Assembly (NCBI GenBank): GCA_040954595.2
Contig: CM082577.2
Span: forward strand, 1,860,001-1,924,000
Length of the DNA: 64,000 bases
Direction: 5' to 3'
DNA from: Balanoglossus misakiensis
Lineage: Eukaryota; Animalia; Hemichordata
Both the position numbers and the translations under genes were made by a program. The notes below the pieces were generated by a model. It searched no databases and had not been told where the DNA came from. It saw nothing but the letters and a program-made list of their open reading frames with translations. Below are positions 41,194 to 52,167 of this stretch, in pieces (positions within the stretch are counted from its first letter, which is position 1; every line of letters begins with the position of its first letter).

Positions 41194-44100
41194 ATGGACC
41201 TCATCCAGACGGGACTCTACATCGGAGGTAGCGGGGACGCGAGAAACTCGCAGGCTCTTCACGACGCAGGCATAACGCATGTCTTGTCCATAGAGCTGAT
41301 CAAACCCGATGTCTCTCCAGACTTTGTGCACAAGTTTGTCCACCTCATGGACGATGAAGAGTACGATATACTGAAACAGTTCCCGCAGTGTATCAAGTTT
41401 ATCCAAGAAGGCATTGAGAAAGGCGGAGTGCTTGTTCATTGGTAAGTGCCCCTGGTAACTACAACAGCTATAAAAGCACAGCTGTTCTCAGTATATGGTA
41501 TTTGGATGTGTTGCTGATAAACCAGACATGCATTTTGATTTTTCGTGAGGAAATAGTGAACAATAAGCAAGTTTATATAAAAAAGAAGATTTTATTGAGT
41601 GTTTCTGTATGAGAATGTGACATCCACCAGTAGTGGTCGTCGTACACTAGTTAAGATTCTCAACTACAGATAGAAAAGATTCCACACATACCATCATCCA
41701 AAATGTCTGCATTTTCTGTCACAGAGCAGCTTTATTATCACTTTTTGCATGATAATATCTCCCAATTTATTTACCTAAAAAAACTTGGAAAACATTTCAA
41801 AATGTGAAGTTGAGGTAAATCTTTCCCCATGCTCAGTTTAATAGTAAGTGCGGTGGTATGGTGGCAGGAGTTATTTCAGAAATTTCCTCTGATGAGGGCA
41901 AGAGTGAAAGATAAATGCCTGACAGTGTCAGGTTACTCAGGTCAAATTGAAATTGATAAAAGGGGAAGAATTGTATTTAAGATGGGATTTATTATATTGA
42001 TTTTAGGAATGGATAAATTGTGCGAAACATTTTATCATGATATCTGGTATCAAATGTATGCTCCAAAATTTGTCCCTTGACCACTTCAAAGAATAGGACT
42101 TCAAAGAAGTCGTCGAGTATGTGAGCATAATGCTTCAGACATCAATACACATGTAATGGGTCATCACATCACAGAATTAGAACCATCCTCAGGCGTACAA
42201 ACTTCTCTGCACCTCTAGAGTCCAATTGACATTCCAGATTCCTCTGCTCAACAACGATTATAATTTGAACGTTAACTATAACTTCTGATCCGTGTAAAAA
42301 AACTATGAGTCAAGTATCCATCTAAGGACTTTGAATGAATGAAATTTTATCTTACACATGTAATAGGGGATAGGTTCTTCCCTATTCTTGTCTGTGCTAC
42401 TTTTGCTCTGGAATGTCATGGCGGAGAAGGTGACATTCTGAGGCTATTCAGAGGTTTTCATTCTATTTATGAGGTGTGCTCATAGATCCAAGAAGTTTTT
42501 GATATTTTTTGCCATTCCAAAACATTTCAAATTCACCCAATAGAAATATGCTTTCAGATTTCCAGTACAAGAAGGCTATGTTTAGTAAAACAATTTGAGT
42601 CCTCACTCCTCACTATCAAATAAAATGGATAATTACCCTGGTCTTTGAATAGAAACCCCTAAAATAATCCTGCTCATGGGTGGTAGGTAATCATATATTA
42701 CTGGAAAGCTCAGATTATATACAAATTATGTCATATTTTTCCACTTCATTGCCTCTTCAAAATCCCTGAGCGGTGAATTTTTTACTCTTACTCGGTTACT
42801 GTTTATTTTAAGAAGTCTAGACAAACATCAAATATTTTTAAAGGATCTTTATTTACTGTGAAGGCTTGATGGAGTCTAGATCTATCTGTATGACTAATAT
42901 TGAGAAGTGCACTGTGCTAAGTTTGTCTGATGAGAATGACTGCAGTTTGACCCAGAAACCTATAAACAACTGTCAATTAAGTCTGGTCTGTCAGTCTTTA
43001 TCTGTCACACATTCCAGAATACTTTCTGCCGATATAGTTTCAGAGCTGTACGTAGTGTTTGGTTTCCATGAGTAGAAATTCCCATACAGGCCACAGGCAT
43101 TAAATCATCTGAAAATATCTTGTCAGTACGGCTGTTCAGCTTGTGAGCATCAAAATGTGATCCATGCTTGGACTATATTGTCAGAGTTTATGAGGTATAT
43201 TGTGGTCACAAAGTAGACTCCTTGAGAAACAATGCATGCGTTTTCTTGCAATTACATTGAAATAAAAATGTGGATGATACGTCTTTAATTTGAAACCGGT
43301 TCTTCACTCTGTATCGACGCCAACAGATTGATACCTCAAATTTCTGAAAACAACTATTTTATTTGAAACATGACTCTCAACACTGTCACTTCAATTTCTC
43401 CACCAACACTCCAGCATGCTGGCTGTGTTTACATCATCAGGTCGTTTAGTCTGACAGCAATATGGTGTGTAATTTCAATACTTGTGTCATTCTGCCTGAT
43501 GGCTGACATTCTAACCATGGTATCTTTCAACATACATTCATGAAAATTAATTAGACACACATCTTCCCTGTTGTATTGTTTGTTGACACGTAACTGGTAT
43601 TGTCTTTCAGATCATCAGTAACGTCTAAATACTAAATCATCTTAATTTCTCCATTTTTTTCTGTTCACCTTTTTCATTTCCAATCCCTCCACCTTTTTTT
43701 GCCTTTTTTTTCTTGGTTTCTTCACTCACTCTCTGTATTCCCGTTTCCCACCTCCCCTGGAATTGTCCGTTTCTTTCCGAGCAGTGCCATGGGCGCATCG
43801 AGAAGTGCCGCTGTCATCCTTTCGTACATAATGCACTCTGAGAAATTGTCGCTGGATGACGCCATTGCAAAGGTGAAAGAAAAACGAGAACGGATCAGGT
43901 ATGAAATGTAACATATATCGTGAAGATTTTTTTGTTTTCTTTTCTTTTCGCAGTGCATTTGGTGCATCTCGCAGTGCTGCAGTAATCCTAGCCTATCTAA
44001 TTTTTTTGGAGAGAATTTCTCTGGAGGCTGCGATTGCCAAGGTCAAAGCAATAAGACCAAACATAAGGTTTGTACTGCATCATGTACAAACGTGAAAGCA

Positions 44101-46108
44101 AAATAAGGAAAGCAAAATTATAAAAAAAGGTAATTGTACTAAATTTGGGTGAAAGGTGATGGTTTCAATTTGAAAGAAAGTGATGAATTCCAACATATTG
44201 TCAGTTTTCAAATGTTTGCGCTACTTTACGAGTCAAGAGTTCACAATAAAAGTTGTATTAACCCTTTCACCACCATAGTTAATTGGTAAAGTTGAACCTC
44301 TAAAGAGAGAAATGGGGCTGAAAGGGTTAAATTTTGTCACATGCAGAAAAGTGTATATTAAAATTGGACGTCATCAGCATTGGGAACCAATATATTTAAT
44401 AATCCTTTAATAATTGTTCAGTAAGCAAAAGATGTAAAAATGGTGCACAGACAAACTTGCTCGGAATTCAGCATAGCTTAGCAGCATTGAAAATCTTTCT
44501 CTTCTAGTTAGAGACTATTGTGAAATAACACTCTGGGCCTTCATTGTTTTAGTGACATTGATTTTACATCTGGAAATAATCTGAACTTTCATTTTAATCT
44601 CTTACCACAAGGTTGGAGATGAGTTTGTTGAAGGTTACAGGGTGCTTTTAGCTTCATTAGTGTACATGTCACGTGGATAGGGAAGTATGGAAAGAGATTA
44701 AAATTTAAATTCAGACCAATTTCAAACATACATGTATGTCCAACCTTGTGGTAACTCTGATAGCAATGAAGAAAATAACCAGATGTGACAATGAAAATAT
44801 GTTTGTTTGTTTGTTTGTTTGTTTGTTTGTTTTGTGTGTGTGTGTAGACATAAACTTGATTTTCATGTGGTATGGTTGTTTTCATACAGTTTAAAAAATA
44901 CATACAGTTGCCAGTTGCTATCTTGAAAACTTCTGGTTTTCAGGTGACATCAGAGTTTCAATCTTTCAACTTTGTTCCCAATTTCTGATCAAATTCTGCA
45001 GTTAGATAGAGAAATTGGCCAGAATGCTGTCTTTTGCTTATATATTCTTTGCATTGGAGATATTGAAAAATGCAAAAATGTGGCAGCCACTGTCTGTCTT
45101 CTCAACGTTATTATCCAAAGCACATCAAGGGACAGCAACCCTGCCCCTTTTTGTACAAGAACATGACTAAACTCTGCAATCTCCTCTTATTCGTTTCTTG
45201 TGTAGACCAAACGATGGCTTCATGCACCAGCTGAGAATCTTCGATGCCATGGGAGGCATCATCCAACCAGAGAACCCCTTGTACAAGCAGTATCAACTGG
45301 ATTTCAGGCCAGAGGTCAGAGGTGAGAGGTCAAGAATGTTAACGACAGTGCTTCCAGACTGGCTTTTGACTGTAAAGTGGGATGGTAGTCGTAATGGATA
45401 TAATGTCTACCTTGTGTTTATTAAATGGAAAAGAAATTTGGTTGTTTTGTTATGACGCAAGTGTAGTAATTAGGTTTTGTTTAGACTACTGCATAGATGC
45501 GTGTGATTGGGCACACAAGTCATGAGTGCTGGAGCTTGGCTGGCAGAATTTGTAGACAGCATCTCACAGCACTGAATCCAGTGAAGAGTATCAGATGGCA
45601 GGGTATCAGGAATGGGGTGAAAATTCATGTGAATATCCAAAACGTTATGCGATATATCTAAAATGAATTTTGCCAAATGTAAAACTTTTGACTGCACATC
45701 TTGCATAATCATGGTAACAGAATGAAGTACGTTAATATTTTTTTTATAGAGCCTGTGGTTTATGTGACGTTCAAAGTGAGCTACAAACTGGACCCCACTG
45801 ACGGACACAAGGAGGCCTTGGCCATCACCGGCGAGCACCGCCTCTTGGGCAAATGGAGGAAGCACCGACTGATGAGACCCAAGTGGGGACCCGACGGCTG
45901 GGAGATCACGCTGGCCTTCTCGCAGAACACCACGCTGCTCTGGAAGTTCGTGGTGGTGGAGTACCAGAAGGCGTCCAGTCGGCAGTACGGCCCCAAGTCA
46001 ACGTACGGATGTGGGAAGGTGATCAGTTGGGAGGGCGGCGACAACCGGGTCCTGCAGACGGGGACTGACCAGTGGATCTTGATCGAGGGCCAGTGGGGGA
46101 AGTGTTAG
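41194..46108 (+). CDS. DUSP12/YVH1-like dual-specificity phosphatase fused to a C-terminal CBM20. Exons 41194-41441, [43785-43898 or 43954-44067], 45206-45321, 45750-46108; 278 aa
   Basis: GLYIGG...GITHVLSI...HLMDDEEYDIL.QFPQCIKFIQEG...GGVLVH-C (codon split TG|T) then AMGASRS or AFGASRS, AAVIL.Y, and RPNDGFMHQLRIFDAMGGIIQPENPLYKQYQL (DUSP12-like tail). A phase-1 junction leads in frame into VTFKV...EALAITGEHRLLGKW...M...DGWEITL...LWKFVV...SWEGGDNRVL (CBM20 signature). Confidence 0.85.
44258..44330. mobile_element. piggyBac-like MITE
   Basis: TTAA-CCCTTTCA...TGAAAGGG-TTAA: TTAA target duplication and CCCT/AGGG termini. Confidence 0.75.
44800..44846. repeat. (GTTT)n followed by (GT)n microsatellite
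   Basis: Directly visible. Confidence 0.9.
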
Positions 46109-46768
46109 AACTTGCCGATTACAGCTATAACCTGTAGTAATGAAGCATTCAAACTGACTCGCCTAGGAACAGTACTTAGTAAACTCTCGTAATATATTCA
46201 CAAAAACTACACACCACAGTGCCTTTCCAATAGAGGACCAAGATGTATATGCAGATCTGATGACATTGAATATTGTGTTTGTAGACTTCTTTCATGTTAG
46301 TCTTAAAACTTGACCTGGGAAGAAAATGCGTCAGGCTGCAGCTGGAACTTGAACTTGGCGTCATCAACCTCCACATGGAGTCTCCGCTATTGGTAACACA
46401 TGTATGAGTTGAGATGCAACCATTCATTTACGCGGGGGAGGATGGGGTGTTAGCTGCACGACAGCCTGTTATGGTCTCAAGGATTCTGTCAGTTTAATGC
46501 CAGATATAAGATTTGAACCAAACCGAAGAGGAGTACCTGAATCACAGTTTAACTCAGTACTGTTGGATCAATGTGCTTAATAGCATAAGCAAAGCTTGCC
46601 ATTTTGAAACAAAGTAATTTAACTATTGCAATAATAGAGACATGTTAGGATTTATTTTTTCTATCAACTGACCCAAGGCTTTTAGCTTTATAGTGTTTTA
46701 ATATATTATGTACATGTATATCAATTTTTTTGCCACATGTAGTGACACTTTGATATAGGCAATCAATT

Positions 46769-46774
46769 AATAAA
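46769..46774 (+). terminator. Probable poly(A) signal of the DSP-CBM20 gene
   Basis: AATAAA about 660 nt after the stop codon, followed by a TG-rich tract. Confidence 0.45.
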
Positions 46775-49700
46775 GCCATTTTTATGTGATGTGTTTATAT
46801 AAGCTGTGTTTTAAGTCGTAATTTGTTGTGAAGAAATAGTGATTATTCTAAATAAAATGTGGTATAGCAATAATAAGAAAATGGATATTTTGATAATGAC
46901 TTTTGACTTCAATTTTTCCGTAGTTTCTGTCAAAAGAGGCAAAAACCTGCTGGTCTTTGTCACAAACAAAATCTGTAGAAATCAGAAAGGGAAAATGACA
47001 CAGCTTTTCAGATCAGAACATCAGAGTTCAAAGCTCGAATGTTTATTTTTTACGTATTTCAATGTCTAGGGCGTTCTGTCAGTCTGGTGCCCTGCCCGGT
47101 TTCTACCACTGGGGGCGCTGTGCTCCTGAGTGGGCCAACATATTTTTACTCCACGAAGCCCGAATAAATCCCTGGAATTAATCTGTATAGCAGTGATTTC
47201 TGATTGACAAAATAAAATTCATTGTGTGATCTGGTAAAATGTGACTGTTTCATTATTTCTCCCACATAATCAGTTATTTCCCCCAAACCGTTTCACCCCA
47301 ATACAAGGTTTGTTCATAGCTGTGTTCATTTCCCATTGAAGGAAGAAACCAAATGACGTAAATCGCCAGTGGTTTCAACGTTTGTGTTGTTTAAAAAAAA
47401 GTAAGAGACACTCTTGTGAGAGAGAAAAATCTCTTCCCAGTGCTGTGAATTTCGCTGTTGCAGTAAAAAGATCTGAGGTTTGTTTCAATCATAATCATCG
47501 GGGGAAAAGGAAATTTGTTCAAAACTGAAAAGTATTTCTTTTTTTAGTTGTGGTGCATTCCTACATTGGATCTGCCTGAACATGAACAATTTTCATATAA
47601 CCATTTGCTTTGATTCGTAAAGTGTAGCTAGATAAGCTACTGATAAACAATGACATGCAGACCCCCATAGCACATTTCAGCCAACCAATTAAAACAAATT
47701 GGAAATTGCCTTTTCAGAAAATGGGTTTCGAAAATAATCCCATTTTGCTGTGGGAGTTCCAAATTTGAACTTTGATTGACTAAAAATCCATTTTCTGGTC
47801 TAATGGTCGTGGCTTCGCATATTTTGTCCTCTATGTATATGACAATGTATTTGACGCGTGTCGGGCGTACGTCAACGTATAGACCCACACTTTGACATGA
47901 ACCCTCGCTTTTTCTGAGATCGTGCCGAGGTCGCGGACTGAGGTTCTCCGTTAAATTTAGGACTATAGCCTACATCACAGTCTAAAAGTTTAGGATTTAT
48001 GGGCAAGTCAAAGGAGGGTCACTAACCACCAGGTTATCGGAACCACACAATTATTTTTCGTTAAATCGGCATAGCTACGTATATTTGGTGTGAGCTTATG
48101 TCCTATAGCGTAGAAAGAATATTGTCCGCCCTGGCGACGTGTCTCGCTTAATTGTCAAACCTCCGTGATTGTTCTGGCCGCAGGTTGGGACCACCGGGTT
48201 GCGGGTGCGGTGCGTGTTCTAGCCTTCCACGTATGTCTGATTTCAAATACTGTTGGTGCCATATTCATGATATTAAAATTTTGTGAAGATCTTCGAAAAT
48301 GGTACATGTGTCAATCTGATGTAGCGCCCCCTTGCGATAGTCTATTTTTACAGCCTTTTCTAGCTCCTGGTGAAGTAGGCCTACTTTGTGGGAAGTCTGC
48401 AGTTCAAGCACTATATTAAAATTGAAGATCAGCTGGAATAGTTACGTATATCATCATATGTTTCTTGAGGTGTCTTCCTTCTTCCTTGAAAGGAACTGTC
48501 CAGTCCGAAACTGTCAGCTAAAATCTGCTTGCTTGTTTTGATCTTTATTTTCAAGTAATCATTTTATCTCCATTTTGTTTTGATCATGATAACTGTTATG
48601 GAGCTATATTTGCAAACAATACTGTATATCTCAAAGTTGATTTTCTCAATTGTTATTAAACCGTGTTTTCTGCCATGTAAAATGTTTTCATAGATGGGAA
48701 AATTTAGCCCCACACTATACAACTACCGGATGGATATGGCTAACGTACATGTTGGACAATTTGAAGAGACAAATGGACATGATGTCCCCAAAAATGTTTT
48801 GTTTGGGGAAAACCGATGGTTCATCGGTTGCCTTGGAAATTGGGAGGGCGCTTTCTATATAACTGGCCGACTACTAAACCAGTCCCCCACTTTATAAACA
48901 CATCCGGGGACATTGCGCAATGGCGGTGATTTGAATGTAAGTAGGGGAGCATTGTATCGTATTTACAGCGTCTGTCACCCCCACCTCCTATACTTAAAAC
49001 ACTGGAACGTAAAAGTACAACGCCGGTTCGGGAAGGCAGTAGCCCGTATCGCGGGGAATGTTATGTAAATGTGTTGATTGCCGCCTAGTTTACGGGAGCA
49101 AAGTTCGGGAACAGTGGCAACAAGTTGTCGCCAAGGATTTTTTCTTCTCTGCTCTGTGACTTGTGTGTGGATATAGTATATCAGCTACACTGTGCATGTG
49201 TGTATCGCATTTCAAACCTTGAGCATTTACTTCTCTTCTCGCAGTCCCCGATGAAAAATTAATGACTACATCGATATAAAGCCAGTGCGTGTTTACATCG
49301 CGTGAAAAAGGGGAATATTTCAACTACAGTCAAGCTGGTCACAAGTGAGTATTATTTTAAGAGTTTCTGGTTTTAGTTTATAGTGCGGTGGTCGGTACGC
49401 TTTACACGGTACACACACACACACCGTCGCCGGGACTTCGAACAAATCCAGCGCACAAGCAAACAGCGGACAAAAGCGTGTTTGACAACCAAGGAATGAA
49501 AGTCCTGTACCCGTCTTTTGTTGGCGTTCCCGGCGTCACCGTTAAAGAAAACACAGGAGTTTCTAATCCTGTCCCCTCTCTGAACGAAATTTCACAAATA
49601 TTGTCGATGTCTAAAATTAACGGTGGCTGTTTGCGCTGGCTTTGTTTCATAATTTTGGCGGCGCGGTGTAACTGTGTGTGAGGTATAACATTACCGGCCA

Positions 49701-50262
49701 TTTGAAATCTTCCCACCTCTGCTGAGTATACCTGCGACTCAACGTGAAAGGGGGGAATTTCGGCTGACGGATAAATCGATATATGGGGCTCTAGTGTAAA
49801 ACCGTTACGAAAGGACAGCTGTAATATAAAGCCAAAACATTAAAACTCGATTCAGTCATTACTAAACGCGGGCCTAACGTACCCACTGAATGATCAGAAT
49901 CCAGGTCAAGTTTGTGAACCAGGGTGCGTGGCCAAAGATTATAATCAATCAACTCATTGCAACCAAAACAGATACATACGTTCAGGCGAGCCATATACAA
50001 TTGGCGATAAAGCACTTGAAATTACACTTGACACACCCAACATGATGACAGAATCACCAGATTCTATTCAGCACCCGTGGTGACAGGTTTAATATTTCAC
50101 TAAAAATTATTGGGTATCCCTGGACAGTCGTGGACAAACGTTTTCTGGAGACCTTGACTATTGGACTTGACAGCAAATTTTGGACATATTCAGACATATA
50201 AATCTTCATCATGGCTAAATTAAACCTTTTGTAGATTGCATTTATTTTGTAGGGCTTATTTT

Positions 50263-50343
50263 GAGAGAGAGAAGGGGAGGGGGATATGGGCCTTTTGATC
50301 TGCCAGATTCCCTATCATTGTATCAGAAAATCAAACATGGTCT

Positions 50344-50376
<33 letters not shown>

Positions 50377-50650
50377 GAGGGAGGGGAGGTAATATGCAAG
50401 ATTTGATGTCAGATTCCAAATCAGAAAAAAATCAAAGTGGTCTGGAGGGAGGGGAGGAGGCCTGGGAGAGAAATGGGGGAGGGTGGAAGAAAAATATGGC
50501 ATTTCAATGAGTTCATTGAGTTGATGTCAGATTACCCCATCAAAATAAAAAGCAAACTTGATTGGAGAGGGAGGGGGTGAGGGGAGGGAGAGATTTTTGA
50601 ACCATTTGGTCTTCCAGATTTCCACATAAGGAAAAATCAAACATGGTCTG
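50263..50650. repeat. Degenerate tandem repeat, four units of ~80-120 bp, each a GA/G-rich tract plus ...CAGATT.C...AAAATCAAACATGGTCTG
   Basis: Core variants at ~50303-50344, ~50410-50444, ~50528-50564 and ~50615-50650, separated by (GA)n and G-runs. Confidence 0.7.
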
Positions 50651-52153
50651 ACTGGATATTGATTGTCTGATTTTAATGTTTATATCTTTGATCTATGGTA
50701 ACAAGGTTTGTCTAAGTATATTTAATATGTACATTTTATTGCTGGTAGTCATATTACAATAGTTCCAGCCATGATTACTAGTTTCCGACTAAAATACATT
50801 TTTAGGTTGTCCTTGCTCTTTTTAATGAGCCCACAATACATTGTTATACATGCAACAGTAATGACAGTAACTTGTAATTTTTCAGTATAAAGGTAAACAT
50901 TCTTTTGAAATCCCCATGAATCATAGATATTTATATGGATTATGAAATAACACTATAACAATGCCTATATCATTAACATCTGAATTGGGTTGAATACAGT
51001 TTCAACAGGTTTTACATAATATCAATTAAAACTCAATATAAATATGTTACAAAATCCAGCTATTGTCTGCATAAAAAAAGGACTTAACTGGACACATTTT
51101 GTATTATTTAAATATTATGTGAACACTTAATACTATTTCCAAAGATTAATTAAAAATACCATAAAATAACTAAATATCATTAAGTGGTAATAATCCCATG
51201 TGGTCTACAATATGTAAAGATGGCAGATATCTGCAATGATTAATCGATGTTATTAAAACATTTCAGAGGCTATTAGAATTAGTGTTACATCACACTAAAT
51301 TGTGCAAATGAATTTATAACACCAGAAAAGGTACAATAAGTTCTAGTGAATACATGTAGGTTAATATATGTCATCTCTCAAAACTCTTACTACAGTTAAG
51401 TTGGTTGGTGACAGTTTTACCCACAATGCAAATATTATAATGTAATTTGACCCCCTAGCACGAACTAAAAACCCATTGAAAGCCCCATGAGCTAAAAATA
51501 AAATACTTCAAATCTTCTCCCTGTCTTTGGAATCATCACCATTAAGCCATATTACTTGTATTTGCATCAGTTTTTTGGCTTTATTTTCAATATGATTGTA
51601 TAAAAAGGACAAATAAACTCCCAACAATGGCAACATGCAATACTTGTAAGTGGGCAAAAAGCTCTCCTCACAGTACATTGAACTTTTTGAGGTAGACATA
51701 TAAAATCAGAAATTGCCTGCTATAAATTCCAGCAACGTGTGTTATGGAGAAATAAAAAGTGGGTGGGTGATTGCATGAATGAAATTCAGCACAAACGAAA
51801 TATGGGACAATAAAAGATAGCGTACATAAGCTTGATTCACATAATTGATGTCAAAACTGAATATAATTTTTTTTCTGCGAGTCATTAATAACTTAATGAC
51901 GGTTGAGATGAAATTATAGGTGGATTGATCTCTTAGTGCTAACACAAATGTAAGTTAAAAATGTGGGAATGTTTTGAAATCAAAGCGTATTTCTCTGGTT
52001 ACTGTAAGAATCATCACTTTTTGGTACCTCATATTGTCATAAAGTGGTATGTCTTGACACACTCGGTACATGTATCTCCACTTACACCGGTTTCTTTGTG
52101 ATGTAATTTTAACCGCCCCGACAGGTGACTCCCAGAAGATTGTGTGTCAAGTG

Positions 52154-52167
52154 GTTGCCATAGAAAC
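52154..52167. promoter_or_regulatory. RFX X-box motif (GTTGCCATAGAAAC)
   Basis: Close match to the X-box consensus in non-coding sequence. Confidence 0.3.

Noticed and set aside
41194-46108. Calling the phosphatase gene laforin (EPM2A) or plain DUSP12
   Set aside because: Domain order is reversed relative to laforin and the P-loop differs from CNAGVGR. No Cys-rich DUSP12 zinc-binding exon is visible downstream.
49608-49690. MSKINGGCLRWLCFIILAARCNCV-TGA as a signal peptide or selenocysteine read-through
   Set aside because: No downstream coding continuation or SECIS element is identifiable; more likely a uORF or chance.
50263-50650. Repeat-spacer-like pattern resembling a CRISPR array
   Set aside because: Eukaryotic context, degenerate units of unequal length, low-complexity spacers and no cas genes.
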